Positions 1-10,586 of a DNA stretch of 32,258 nucleotides are shown piece after piece. Positions within the stretch are counted from its first letter, which is position 1, and each line of letters begins with the position of its first letter. The translations under genes and the position numbers were made by a program. Source of the DNA: Hyphochytrium catenoides (lineage: Eukaryota > Protista > Hyphochytriomycota); NCBI GenBank assembly GCA_900088475.1, contig FLMG01003966.1, forward strand, positions 1-32,258, in the 5' to 3' direction. Below the pieces are notes generated by a model, which was given only the letters and a program-made list of their open reading frames with translations, was not told the origin of the DNA and did no database searches.

Positions 1-29
1 GGGAGGACACGGAGACAGAAGATTAGGAG

Positions 30-1251
30 ATGAGATCAAACTCATGGCTTCTGTCTAGAGGGCAGGCTGGTGAACACTACTCCTTGCGTTTAAGGCGAGC
101 TTAGCGTGACTTTAATGAGCTTCGTTGCGCTGTATTCCCTTCTTTCTCTGACTAGTCGGGGAGAGGTGCCGTGCATCCTGGTGAGCACCGCAGGAGGGAC
201 CTCCCTCCAGTGGACTAAGCCGCCACAGGATCTTGATCTCGAGCGCATGTTCCCTCTCTTCTTTGATGGCCTGAGAGAGAAGCAGTATCCCTATGACTTG
301 TTGGCTAAAGAGGTAATCGCCTTGTCTTTGGCTTGAACCTGGCTCTCTCTCTATATATATATCCAACTCGTGTAAGACTTGGATCTAACGTTAGTCGCAC
401 TACTATCTCCTGCAGGGCGTAAAGAAACTTCTTGCCTTTGCCAAAGGTAAGATTCTTGGTTGCCCTCTTTCCCTTCCCTCTTCTGCTCCATGTCAGCGAG
501 GTCGCTGTTAGGTTGGCTAGTTCGTACATTCAGCATCTGCGCAAACCTCTGTTGATCGTTCCCAGCTTAGGCCATGGCTTTCTGACCTGTGTGCTATCCT
601 ACTCTCTTTCTTTCTCCTTCTTCTCGCTCTCCCTTCCTTAATTTTTAGTCTCTCTCGGTTCGTCGTGACCGTCTCTTACTTTCTCCTCTCAACTTCCCTC
701 TCTTCTCCAACAGTCAAGCCTAAGAAGATCGTAAAGTGCATTCCCCGTCTCATCGCGCCGATCCGCATCGCTCTCAGCACTCTGGACTATGATATCATCC
801 TTTTCACCCTGGAGTGCATTCAGTCCGTACTGCAGGTCCATAAGAAGGTGGCGCACGCCTTTAAGGACTATTTCCATCTCATCCTGCAGCCCATGAGCAA
901 GTTGAGGGTGAGTAAGAAGGACCAGAGAGAGAGAGAAAGAAAGAGAGAGGGAGAGAGAGAGAGAGAGGAGAGAGAAAGAGAGAAGCGGAAGAAAGAGAGA
1001 TCAAAGTGAAAGAGGGAGAGAGAGAGGAAGTGGACACGGGAGGTGGGAGAGGAGTGACAATAATAGGACGGGGAACGAAAGGCAAAGAGCGGGAAGAAGG
1101 AACCAAAAACGGCAAAGAGCAGGAACAATCTAGATAGAGCTGAGGGGTCGAGGAAGGATGAGAGAGTAATAGCAGGAGAAGAGAGATTCGGCAGCCGGTG
1201 TTGGGCCATTTCCTCTTTGTTAATGCTTCGCTTGCACTTCTCTCTCTTCCT

Positions 1252-1282
<31 letters not shown>

Positions 1283-1802
1283 TTGTGGCTCTTTGTCTCT
1301 TCCTGTTGCCCAATCCATGGGTCTCCCGTCACAGGAGGTGCAGCACCAGATCCCCCCGAGTGCTGACTCAGTGATGCGCGGCGTGCGGAAAGACCTGGCA
1401 GAAAGCCTGTTGGAGACTCTGGAGATGATGGAGACGCTGGGAGGAGAGGGCGCCTTTGACATTATCAAGTTCATCATCCCCACCTACGAGAGCTGCCTGA
1501 AGGGACAGAGAGAGAGAGTAGGAGACAATGCGGGAGAGAAAGAACAGGGAGACGGAGCGGCGAGAGGCGGGAAGGGAGAAAGTGCGCCGCCGGACTCTCC
1601 CGTGAAGTTTAGCTGGGAAGAAAGACGAGATCCTCAGCCGCGTCCGCCTCCGAAGCCTCTGCGTCGGCCTGTGAAGGCTGCATCTCCGTCAAGAGGAGGA
1701 GGAGGAGATAGTGCATTCCTTCACAGTGGAGACGTCCACCCCGTGCCGAGTCTCTCTTCAATGCTCGCGTCTATGGATTTGCCGCATAATAGTAAAGGCT
1801 AG
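30..1802 (+). CDS. PACRG: PACRG-family (Parkin co-regulated / PACRG-like) axonemal-type protein, spliced; about 304 aa if the 5' exon is correct
   Basis: Exons 156-312 (RGEVPC..LQWTKPP..PLFFDGLREKQYPY..AKE), 416-446 (GVKKLLAFAK), 714-907 (KIVKCIPRLIAPIRIAL...) and 1335-1802 (..LETLEMMETLGGEGAFDIIKFIIPTYESCL + tail, TAG) join in frame through GT-AG introns. Motifs PLFFDGL and IKxxxPTYESCL match the PACRG family. The first exon 30-94 is tentative because it needs a GC donor. PACRG versus PACRGL orthology is unresolved. Confidence 0.9.
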
Positions 1803-1844
1803 AGGTGTCTCCTCTCCTCTCCGTTTCTCTTTCTCTCTTCTTGC

Positions 1845-2838
1845 TAGTACTTAGGAAAATCAACAAAGAGGGAAAGAGTAAAGGCAAGAGAGAGGGAAGA
1901 AACGTGAAAGGATATAAAGAAGGAAGGAAGAGAGTCGGTAGAACTAAGACAGAGAGAAATAGAGATAGAGCAGACAAGCACAGGAAGAGAAGGAAGGAGG
2001 AGGCAGAAAGGAAGAGATGCGAGATAGATAAGAAATAGACAGGAGAAGAAAGATACAGGGAAAGAGAGAAACAGCGAACGAAGGACAGGCCGAAGAAGAG
2101 ACAGAGTAAAATGAAAGAGAAGAGAAAAAGTCGGTGAAACAGAAAGAAGACAAGTGCTGCAAGAGCCAGCGGAGAGAGCGCAAGGACGAGAAGAAGAGAA
2201 ATAGCAAGAGGAGGAAGGGAAGAGACACATTGAGAGCCTCAATTTGAATGACAGAAAGAGTGCGGAGCAGTGAAAGGAGAAAGCTACTAGGAAAGAAGAA
2301 GAAAGACAGAGAAAGGTTGCAGAAGATGATGATGAATGACAAGAGAGAGACTGAGAGCAGACAGGGAAGAGATGAGACAGCGACAATTAGAAAGACGATG
2401 ATCGGAGATTGTGCAAGGAGGAAGAGGACCACCAGAACAAGAAGGCGACAGAGCTAATAATGCCCAGGAGTGAAGCGGGAAGAGGAAGAGGATCGAAGAG
2501 ATCGAGCGCTAAGAAAGAGACAGAGAGAGAGAGAGAGTCAGAGAGACAGAAAGAGAGAGAGAGAAGAAAGAGAGACAGAGATGGAGAGAGAGAGAGAGAG
2601 AACAAGAGAGTGTGTAGAACTGAGAGAGATAAGGACGGAAAGAGAGGAAATGACGAGGAAGATCGAGAAGACAAGGAGGAAGAGAGAAAAGGAGGTGAGG
2701 GAAAGGAGAAAAACGGAGAGCGAGAGTTAGAGAGAGACACAGAGACAAAGGAGAGAGAAGAACGAACAAGGGAGAGTAAGGGGGGTGAAGAGAGAGACTG
2801 AGAGAGGGGAGGGTCATAAGATGGTAACGTGGAAGAAG

Positions 2839-2883
<45 letters not shown>

Positions 2884-2990
2884 CAGAGAGAGGCAGAGAT
2901 AGGCAGCAGAGCGAGAGAGACAGAGGAGCAAAGGGGAGAGGGCAGGTCAAGGGGGAAGAGAGAAGATAGTAAGCAGGGAAGGAGTGTGAT
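1845..2990 (+). repeat. Long purine-rich (GA/GAGA/GACA) low-complexity tract with pure (GA)n runs
   Basis: Nearly continuous A/G sequence, with a pure (GA)n run at ~2841-2881. It produces the spurious S/L-rich and R/E-rich ORFs in the track. Confidence 0.9.
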
Positions 2991-3224
2991 GATAGCTTTC
3001 ACTGAGAAGCAGCTGCAAGAGCGAGGAGTGCCGTCAGGGCGAGCCAGCAGTTATCAGTGTGCGAGGGAAGTAGGAAGAGAGAGTAACGGGCAGTGCACAA
3101 GCTAAGGAATGTGAGTGTACATATGGATCCCATAGTCAAAGAACCAGAGGAAGGAGAGAAACGAGAGGAGGATGATTCAGCATTATTATGGGACCAATGG
3201 AGAGAGAGAGAGAGAGACAGAGCC

Positions 3225-3312
3225 AGAGAGAATATGGCGTCTGCTCTTTCGAAAACATGATAATCATAGAGAGAGAGAGTACGGCGTTTGCTCTTTGCAA
3301 AGCATGATAATC
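3225..3312. repeat. Imperfect tandem duplication, period 47 bp
   Basis: agagagaatatggcgtctgctctttcgaaaacatgataatc versus agagagagtacggcgtttgctctttgcaaagcatgataatc. Confidence 0.8.
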
Positions 3313-3804
3313 CATTGCGACGTTCATTCATTGATGGGGCACAAGCACGCAGTCATGGAAGGTAAAGACTCTTATGTTTATCTGATCTAGTGGTTAGCGC
3401 CATTTACCGCCAGTGAAACCATGAGACCCAAGGAAGAGTAAAAGGCTTGGACGTCCAGTAGATAGACAGCAGAGCGAGAGAAATCAAAAGAAGAGAGACT
3501 ATGGTACCATTCTAGTGATACACAGCGCCCAAGCGGCGCGCCTCAAAAGAATAAGAGGATGACAGAAGAATATTCTAGCAAAATGGAGCTCAGTACAAAG
3601 AGGAGGATGCGCCTCCAGGAGCTCACAGTGAAAAGTAGTATACGCTGAAGGGTACAAAAAGAACAAGAGAGAGATGGACTTTTGACATCGCGTTTCAAAA
3701 AAGAGAGAGTTTCAGCATAGTCTCTCTTCTATTCCTCCAGGTCGACCCCAGAGAGACAGAGAGAGAGCTGCAGGCCCAGAGGGCAAAAAAAATGTCGTGT
3801 CTTC

Positions 3805-4095
3805 TCAATGCTTCAGAGCTCTGATGTTGATGTTTGCGTTGAATCTTCTCTCTCCAGCAATGAGAGCGTTGATGCGCGGATGCTGGATCTTTGATGGCAT
3901 GGCACCAGCCATTCTCTCTACTGGTTCGCCATCTCTCTTTTGAGATGGGCCCTGAATCTTCCGGAACGAGACTCTCATCTTGGGCTCCACTGCGGCTACG
4001 GCCTTGTTCTCAGGCTGTCCCTCGATAGGCTGGCTGGTGCGAGAGAGGATGAAATCCTGCACTCTGATGGTGTTGAACTCAGTGCGTGCGACCAT
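3805..4095 (-). CDS. Hypothetical 96-aa ORF or terminal exon (MVARTEFNTIRVQDF...NANINIRALKH)
   Basis: Uninterrupted, non-repetitive ORF with ordinary amino-acid composition and a possible acceptor (ttttgtcag) just upstream. No family recognised. Confidence 0.25.
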   Translation of the reverse strand: MVARTEFNTIRVQDFILSRTSQPIEGQPENKAVAAVEPKMRVSFRKIQGPSQKRDGEPVERMAGAMPSKIQHPRINALIAGERRFNANINIRALKH

Positions 4096-4493
4096 TGTTA
4101 ATGTATGGAAAGGAGCCTTGTGGCTGACAAAAAGCAAAAATGTCGCGGGAGGTTGGGAGCGGCGTCAGGGCTGCAAGAAGTGCGTTGACACAGCTAAGGC
4201 CTTGGAGTTTCGGGCGCTTGTAGATGTTGCTTGGGTGCGTCAAATGTGGAAGTGAGGACGTGGTCAGCGTGGGAAATGGGGTAGGAGAGGGGACAGGGTT
4301 ATTGTAGGTGAACACATTGTCCTCTCTCTTCTCTTCTCTCTCCCTCTCTGCCTCCAAACCCATCTCTTCGGGTTGGTTGCGGGGTGGGGAAAGCTAAGGG
4401 AAGGGAAAGCCCAGGTGTCTCTTACATGACCACAACCGTAGGCCCCATAGTAGGCAGGAAAAAAGGGAAGATAGGGGAAGAGAAACAAAGGAA

Positions 4494-4524
<31 letters not shown>

Positions 4525-5139
4525 AAGGGGAAGAGAGGGGAGACCGAGAAGACAAGCCCCCACATCACACCAGAAAGGGAAACCTGTCACGGCTCTAGTG
4601 CAGGCAGCAAGCAGCACCTGCGCCTGATACCAAACAGGACAAAAGCACTAGGAACTTCCTTTCCTTCCCTTTCCCTTCTTCTCTCTTCCCATCGTTCTAT
4701 CTTTCCACGTGTCTCTCTATTTCTTCCCCTTGTCTCTTTATGGGGAGTCTCTCTCTCTTTCTCTCTCTCTCTCTCTCGTTCCTAGCATTTCCGTCTGACT
4801 CCTCCACTCTTGGGCTTGTGCTTTGCCTGAAGGGATGTGAGAGCACAAGCGCACAATCGATCCATCCCTTGCTGCTACACAATCGACACCATGACCTAAG
4901 CCTGTCATTTACTGTGGACCCATCCTACTCATCGAGACAGATGGTGCTCAAAGCCTATCATTTAATTAGTAAAGGCGTGTGAAGAGATAGGACGAGCACA
5001 ATGGGTCAACAAGGCGTGGAGGGACAGTCAGCAATTCTCTGCAAGGGGCCCAGGGAAGGGAAAGGCAAACAGGGAAGCACAGAGGCCACAGGGGCCCAAA
5101 AAATGCAGCTGAGGACGAATCTTTGCTTTCTATTCTTCA

Positions 5140-7400
5140 GCTAAGTAAAGACTCATAAACATAACAAAGGTTTATTTCTTTCGTTTCCTTCCATGGCTTC
5201 AGGCGGGCTCGGTACATAAGGCCGGCCCAAGGTCCCACCGCTCCGCCCTTCGCCTCAATCTTTTGGCCCTTGCGGACCCGCTGCTTCTCTTTCTTGCTTT
5301 CTTTTTTCCTGTCTGTCTGCTGCTTGGAATCATCCTTGGCCTGTTGTTCTTGCTGGTGGGAGTTAAGGACCTTGTCGCACTTTGTCATTAGCTCTCAGAA
5401 CGATGACAAAGAGTTAAGGAATCCAGAAGGGCACCTGCTCAGTGTTCTGCCTCAATCCTCAGTCCGTTAGCTCTCATCCATTGTTCAGCTAGAGCCCTTA
5501 CACTGGACAGTTACCTAGGGAACCGGCTCCCACTGACTCTCCTTTTTTATCTCGGAGAAGAGGCAGATAACGTCCAATGAGAGAAAAGTAGATGGAAGGT
5601 CCGAAGTGCAGAAGTAAAAGGTCCACTAAGGAACGAACGCTAATAGAAGATGAGGCTTTCTAAGAAGGACAGTAAATCCAGGTCTTTCAATGTTCTGTCT
5701 CTACCTCTTCCCGCCTTTAAGCCTTACCTTTGAGTTACGACAGAACCTTCCACCCCACCGCTCTTCTGAGTCCAAAGCAAATCCCAGCACCTTCTTCTTC
5801 ATCAGCTGCAGTTACACTTTTCTATCTGAGTTCAAGGGTAGTTCTTCAGAGAGACTCTTAGAGGGTTTCCTTCCTCTTGTTCTCATTGGTAAACCTATCA
5901 CTAACGTGCAGGTGGCAGAGAAAATTCATTACCCTGCGCCATTATCGTGTGGCTAACGGGTGCAGAGCATTCTATACCTTATTTCTCTATGTGTGGCTCA
6001 GGCCGCCATTGCTTGGAAGAAATAGTGCAGACGTCCTGCTGTCCATTTTTAGCTCTTTTGTACAGATGGCACCTGCTCCCCTCCCCTGGCTCTGGTGCCT
6101 CGATGCAGATGGTCGCTAATACTCCTGGGTAACAACGTAATGAAAACGGGAACAGGACTTCCTTTTTCTAGATTTTAGGCATAGAAAGACGGCAAAGAGA
6201 GTAGGCAAGTGTGCCTGCTTTGCCTGCGATTGGCTGCGATGAGTAACAGCATGTCTTCAGCTTCCACACTCTTTCGACACTTCATTTACCTTCCTCCTTC
6301 CCTTGGATGGTGCAGACTTCTCCACCAAGGCTTAGCTAACCTCTGCGCTGAGTGACGTCAGGTCCCTTTTACTATAAAGTGCTGACTACATTTATTGCCT
6401 TCTTCCTGCCTTGGTCCTTCTTCCTTCCCGTCACATCAGCTCCCACAGATGGCTGAACACGGTGTAAACCAGGCAAACACTTAAAGAGCTAATGCACTGC
6501 TCAGCTCAAAGCCACTGAAAGTAGGTGTTTGGGCCACAAAACGAGCACAAACAGACCTGGAAAGGTAGAGGCCTTTAAGCTTTCTACCTACAGGATAAGG
6601 AATCTTGGCCTAAACGCTCATAGTTGATCTCTCCAAAGGTGGAACTACTGTGAGAGGAAGGAGAATGCAGCAGAGAAAGGTACAGCAGGGCGGCGCATCT
6701 GAGGAGGCGGTTCAGGTCGTGACGGGTCAGGTTTGGTCGAACAGTGCAGCTGCAACCTTCACTTTGGTCCACCAATGCTCAAAGTAACCACTCTGTCTTA
6801 CCTTGGAGACTGGTAATGTGCTGTGCCCCAATTATAGGGTTGCACGGCCGTGCTTCGGCACTGATGGAAGTTTGAGGGGCACAGTGGGGGGAATAGGCAA
6901 GGAGTTATAGGAGGGACCAGGCTCGCAAAGTTCTGAACAGTTCGATGACAGAAGTCTCTAATAACGCTAATAACACAAGAGAGCAACAAACGCTCGGTTG
7001 TAACTCTTCTTTCCAAGCCATTCTACCTGTCAGTACCTGTACTCTCAGGATCCTTCAGAGTTCCTAGGAAGTCCTGCTACCTGATGCTACTCCTTCATCT
7101 CTTCCTTTCTCTCCTGGAACTTCTTACTGTCCATCATGACTGTTAACTAGAACCTTGCAATACTGGAAACAGACAGCAAATAACCCTAATAACGACAGAA
7201 TAACAGAGCCATCTCTATTGGTCTGTGAAGCTCCTCCTGTTCCTCATACATAAAACCCTTGATCTGACCAGTAGAACGATTCGCCACTCTTAGTCGACAC
7301 AACCAACTTGCCTTACTGTCCTGCGCTACAACAGGCAGACAATTGGCCTGAGGCAACCCCTGCATACAACAGGCAAACAATTGGCCTGAGGCAACCTTTG
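5140..7400 (-). pseudogene. Decayed ORF-like sequence, unidentified (possible TE or gene relic)
   Basis: Protein-like stretches (e.g. GQIKGFMYEEQEELHRPIEMALLFCRY*...MMDSKKFQERKEEMKE*) broken by isolated stops. No domain recognised and the boundaries are approximate. Confidence 0.25.
7321..7396. repeat. Tandem duplication, period 38 bp
   Basis: tacaacaggca(g/a)acaattggcctgaggcaacc occurs at 7327 and 7365. Confidence 0.9.
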
Positions 7401-7962
7401 GTCATCTTTGATATCAGTGGCGTCAGCACCAACATTCGGCCTCCAACCATCCTTCTGTCCTTAGTCCTTCCACCATACCCACCGCATGCTGTGTCGCTCC
7501 TGCTTCATTGCTTCTCTCGGCTGGCTGCTATTCAGTCCTTCATTGCTTGTGTTGGCTATTCAATCTCTGTGTCTCACTAGTGGTACACATCCTTCTTCAA
7601 GCTAGAACAATAATGCGGAAGGTTGTCCTCTGCTGATTCTTGCAGTGTGTGCGTGACGCTGGCAACCAGCTCGTTCTTCTGCTTCTCTGGACAGAGTTAC
7701 AGTTTGGCTACAGGTACATCCATTCTTCGATGATCATATCGTATTGATCCCAAGCAAAGCACTTTCCGCCCGCACTTGTCGTTGGTTGGCTCCATTTTTC
7801 TTACTGAACGACCTCCTCCCTATGTCTTTCCTCCTCCGGGGGTGCTGACGACGAGAATGAGGAAGAGGAAGAAAGCAGGCTGCTGAGGACGAAGAAATCC
7901 AGCAGCGGTCGGTCACCCATCACTAGCTTGATTCTTTTTTGACCAAGAGGTTATTTTCCTCT

Positions 7963-8006
7963 CACAAGCAAGGACTCTCCTTCTCCCACAAGCAAGGACT
8001 CTCCTT
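7963..8006. repeat. Tandem duplication, period 24 bp
   Basis: cacaagcaaggactctcctt at 7963 and 7987. Confidence 0.85.
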
Positions 8007-8316
8007 TCTCAAACCAACCATTAGGGGCTTCGGGTCCTCTCTCTCCTCTCTTTTCCTCCAGCTTCTTCTCCACCGAACGATCGCCCTTTTAGTTGAAGAA
8101 ACACTGAAAAGAAGAAAAGGACCAACAAAATCAGCAGCAACCGTTCCTAATAAGAAGGCGAAGGATGTTTTGGCAACATCCTTGTGGTTCAGAGATGATG
8201 AAGCTTCTCGCTTGGCATGCAGCCAACAACCGCCATCGTCCCGCTTTCCTGTAGATAGGGTCTTCTTGATCTAGTAGCCGGGCAGCCTCACAGTCTTGGC
8301 AAAACGTTGATCTTGT

Positions 8317-8396
8317 CCGCCAAATTTTATATATCACTGATCAGATCTGGCTTCTTCTTACTCAGCATCTGAACAGTGATATAAAAAATTTGGCGG
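8317..8396. repeat. Inverted repeat (30-bp arms, 2 mismatches, ~20-nt loop); hairpin candidate
   Basis: 8317-8346 ccgccaaattttatatatcactgatcagat pairs with 8367-8396 atctgaacagtgatataaaaaatttggcgg. Confidence 0.9.
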
Positions 8397-8804
8397 CCTC
8401 GAGGCAATTATATTCCGACCTCTTGTTGTGGCAACTTTGCTGATCTTCTTTCCGTTGCTGATAATGCAGACGCTTTTTCTCCTAATGCTTTGTTTGTTCC
8501 GTCGCCATAAATAGGTGGGTTCGCCCTCTTGTAAAGTTCCGTTCAATACAAAGAGCTCTTATTTCTATGTTGAGACCCGAGGAAAGTAGAAGAGATCCAG
8601 TGTTCTTGTTTGCTGGACACGTTTAGTCCTGAACAGTAAGAGAGCAAAAGAGGGAAATGGGTGCCGCGGCTACTAATAGTTGTTAGAGTTGTTGTTGGAG
8701 GAGGAGTGGCTGCTGCTCTGCCATTTAGCTCCGTCGTCTTCGATGGTGGTTTCAGCTGAAGATAGCCTCGATCTTACTACTGAATGACCTTATCACTAAC
8801 GGCT

Positions 8805-8911
8805 AACGAGCATCTTAATGTTGATGGCGTGCAGCTACTAGTAGGTCAATTAACAATTGTTAATAATCAACGAGCATCTTAATGTTGATGGCGTGCAGCT
8901 GCTAGTAGGTC
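8805..8911. repeat. Two 43-bp direct repeats around a 21-bp palindromic spacer
   Basis: aacgagcatcttaatgttgatggcgtgcagct(a/g)ctagtaggtc at 8805 and 8869. The spacer contains the perfect palindrome attaacaattgttaat (8849-8864). Confidence 0.9.
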
Positions 8912-9402
8912 CGCGTGCATGACAGAAGCAGCAGCAGTGAGATGAGGTTGCACCGCCTTCCCTTACTACCTTCTCCTCTTGAATGCAATGATGCACGTGA
9001 CAAATATGGTCTTTGGTGGGCCGACCACAACGACGAGTGAAGAACCAAAACCATATTAAGAGGTAGAGAATTGAAGAAAGAAAGCGCCAGCTGTAGTTGC
9101 TGTGTTGTTATTTCTCCCTTGTTTCAGCCGTCTCTCCTCTCTACCCTAAAAGGCTTCTTGCTATTATATCTCAGAATTGTGCTGACCTCAGTAGTCACCT
9201 GCGAGGTTAATAAGTTGACGACGAGTCCTTAGGCAGTAAAGTTATTTTCTAATCATCGAGAAGACAGGATGATACACAACAGCAACAACCGCTGACGAAC
9301 TGGACGGACTTGAGAAACAAGGGTAGCAGAAGATAATAGAGGAATAGCAGTGTCTTACTTCTTACTGCATCATCATCATCATCATCATCAACAATTTGAA
9401 AA

Positions 9403-10101
9403 ATGATTTTCTTGAGAAGAGAAGATAGAAAGAAGGAAGAAGAACTGATTTGTACTCCTCCTCCTGTCCTAATCGATGAGGAGACATCCCGATGGAACGA
9501 AGAAGAAGAAGTCCAGCATCATGCATGCAACCTCCTCATCCTGGTAAAAAAAGCGCTGACCATCCTTCCAGCATCTGTTCAACGACTGGTGAAGCTGAAG
9601 GCTAGTGCTCTTCTTCTTCGGGCTTTCCTCACCCATCATCTTGCGCGCTGCGGCGTCTCTTATTATGAAGCACTTCTCCTCATGATCCTTTACTTGCTAC
9701 TAGCGGGCGGCGTGCAGCAGCTAAGCATTTAGGAACCTCTTACATAATAGGAATTGGATGTTCACGTTGTGATGGACGGAAGTGACGATGATACTGTCGA
9801 TGATCCGTTTGCGATGATGGTCGATCCGTAGTAGCTCAACGACTGTTGAGGAAGAATTAACAAGCTTCGTCGGCACTTATTATTGCTAGCAAGTAGGCTG
9901 CTGGGTCCTTCATGGGCATTTTGTACCAGGGTCCGCCATGGATGGATGATGAGTAATCTGTACAAAGCTTCTTCTCCATCTTCTGAGGAGATTATCAAAC
10001 GACGAGTACATTTTTTTCTACAAATAGTGGAAGAGTATCCATTTGGAGGAGGAGGTGGTGGTGGTGCTAGAGCAGGGGAACTTCACATCACCATCTTCTG
10101 A
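9403..10101 (+). pseudogene. Decayed single-frame ORF, unidentified
   Basis: Track ORFs 9403-9732 and 9883-10101 share one frame. They are separated only by stops TAG 9730, TAA 9745, TAG 9748, TAG 9829, TAG 9832 and TGA 9847. Confidence 0.45.
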
Positions 10102-10542
10102 TGACGGATGCTGGCGAGATCTACTTCGTCTTGTACAAGTAGAAAAAGAAAGGCAATCATCAGGGAAGTAGTAGAAAGGCAACTACAGGCAGGGAAAGTA
10201 GTAGACGGTGGTTTCCCAGCGACGGAGGACGTTTCCTTCTTGGACGAAGGAGACAGAAGGAAAACAATCCCGGACTTTTCATAGGAATGGGTTGTAAACG
10301 GAGAGCCGGCCCAACTAACTCCTCAAAGAGTTAATTAGCCGCTGTTCCGCCAGCGACAGCAAAAATAGAGTAAGAAGCAGGGACGCTGATTGTTTATCGT
10401 CTGCACTTTCTTTACATGTAGTAGAAGAACTATTATTGTTGCCTCTGTCTTCTTTACATCTATTTCCGTCAACTTGAAAGAGTAGAAGAGGAGGTCTATC
10501 TCTGCCCTGAGGCACTGCTTCGGTTAGATCTGGTCGTAGAAA

Positions 10543-10586
10543 TCCAGTAAGAGCGGGAGCCCAGTCCAGTAAGAGCGGGAGCCCAG
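10543..10586. repeat. Perfect 22-bp tandem duplication
   Basis: tccagtaagagcgggagcccag x2. Confidence 0.9.

Noticed and set aside
868-3105. Many long S/L-rich or R/E-rich ORFs (also at 11129-11700, 14809-15495, 21248-21642, 22433-22943 and 26029-26454)
   Set aside because: They are translations of GA/CT microsatellites, which lack stop codons.
3805-4095. Fanzor/TnpB C-terminus
   Set aside because: No zinc-finger cysteines, no catalytic Asp and no upstream RuvC-I. The resemblance is probably chance.
9730-9849. Alternative genetic code (TAA/TAG = Gln) as an explanation for the interrupted ORFs
   Set aside because: Intact genes here end in TAG or TAA and have no internal stops, and the relics also contain TGA stops.
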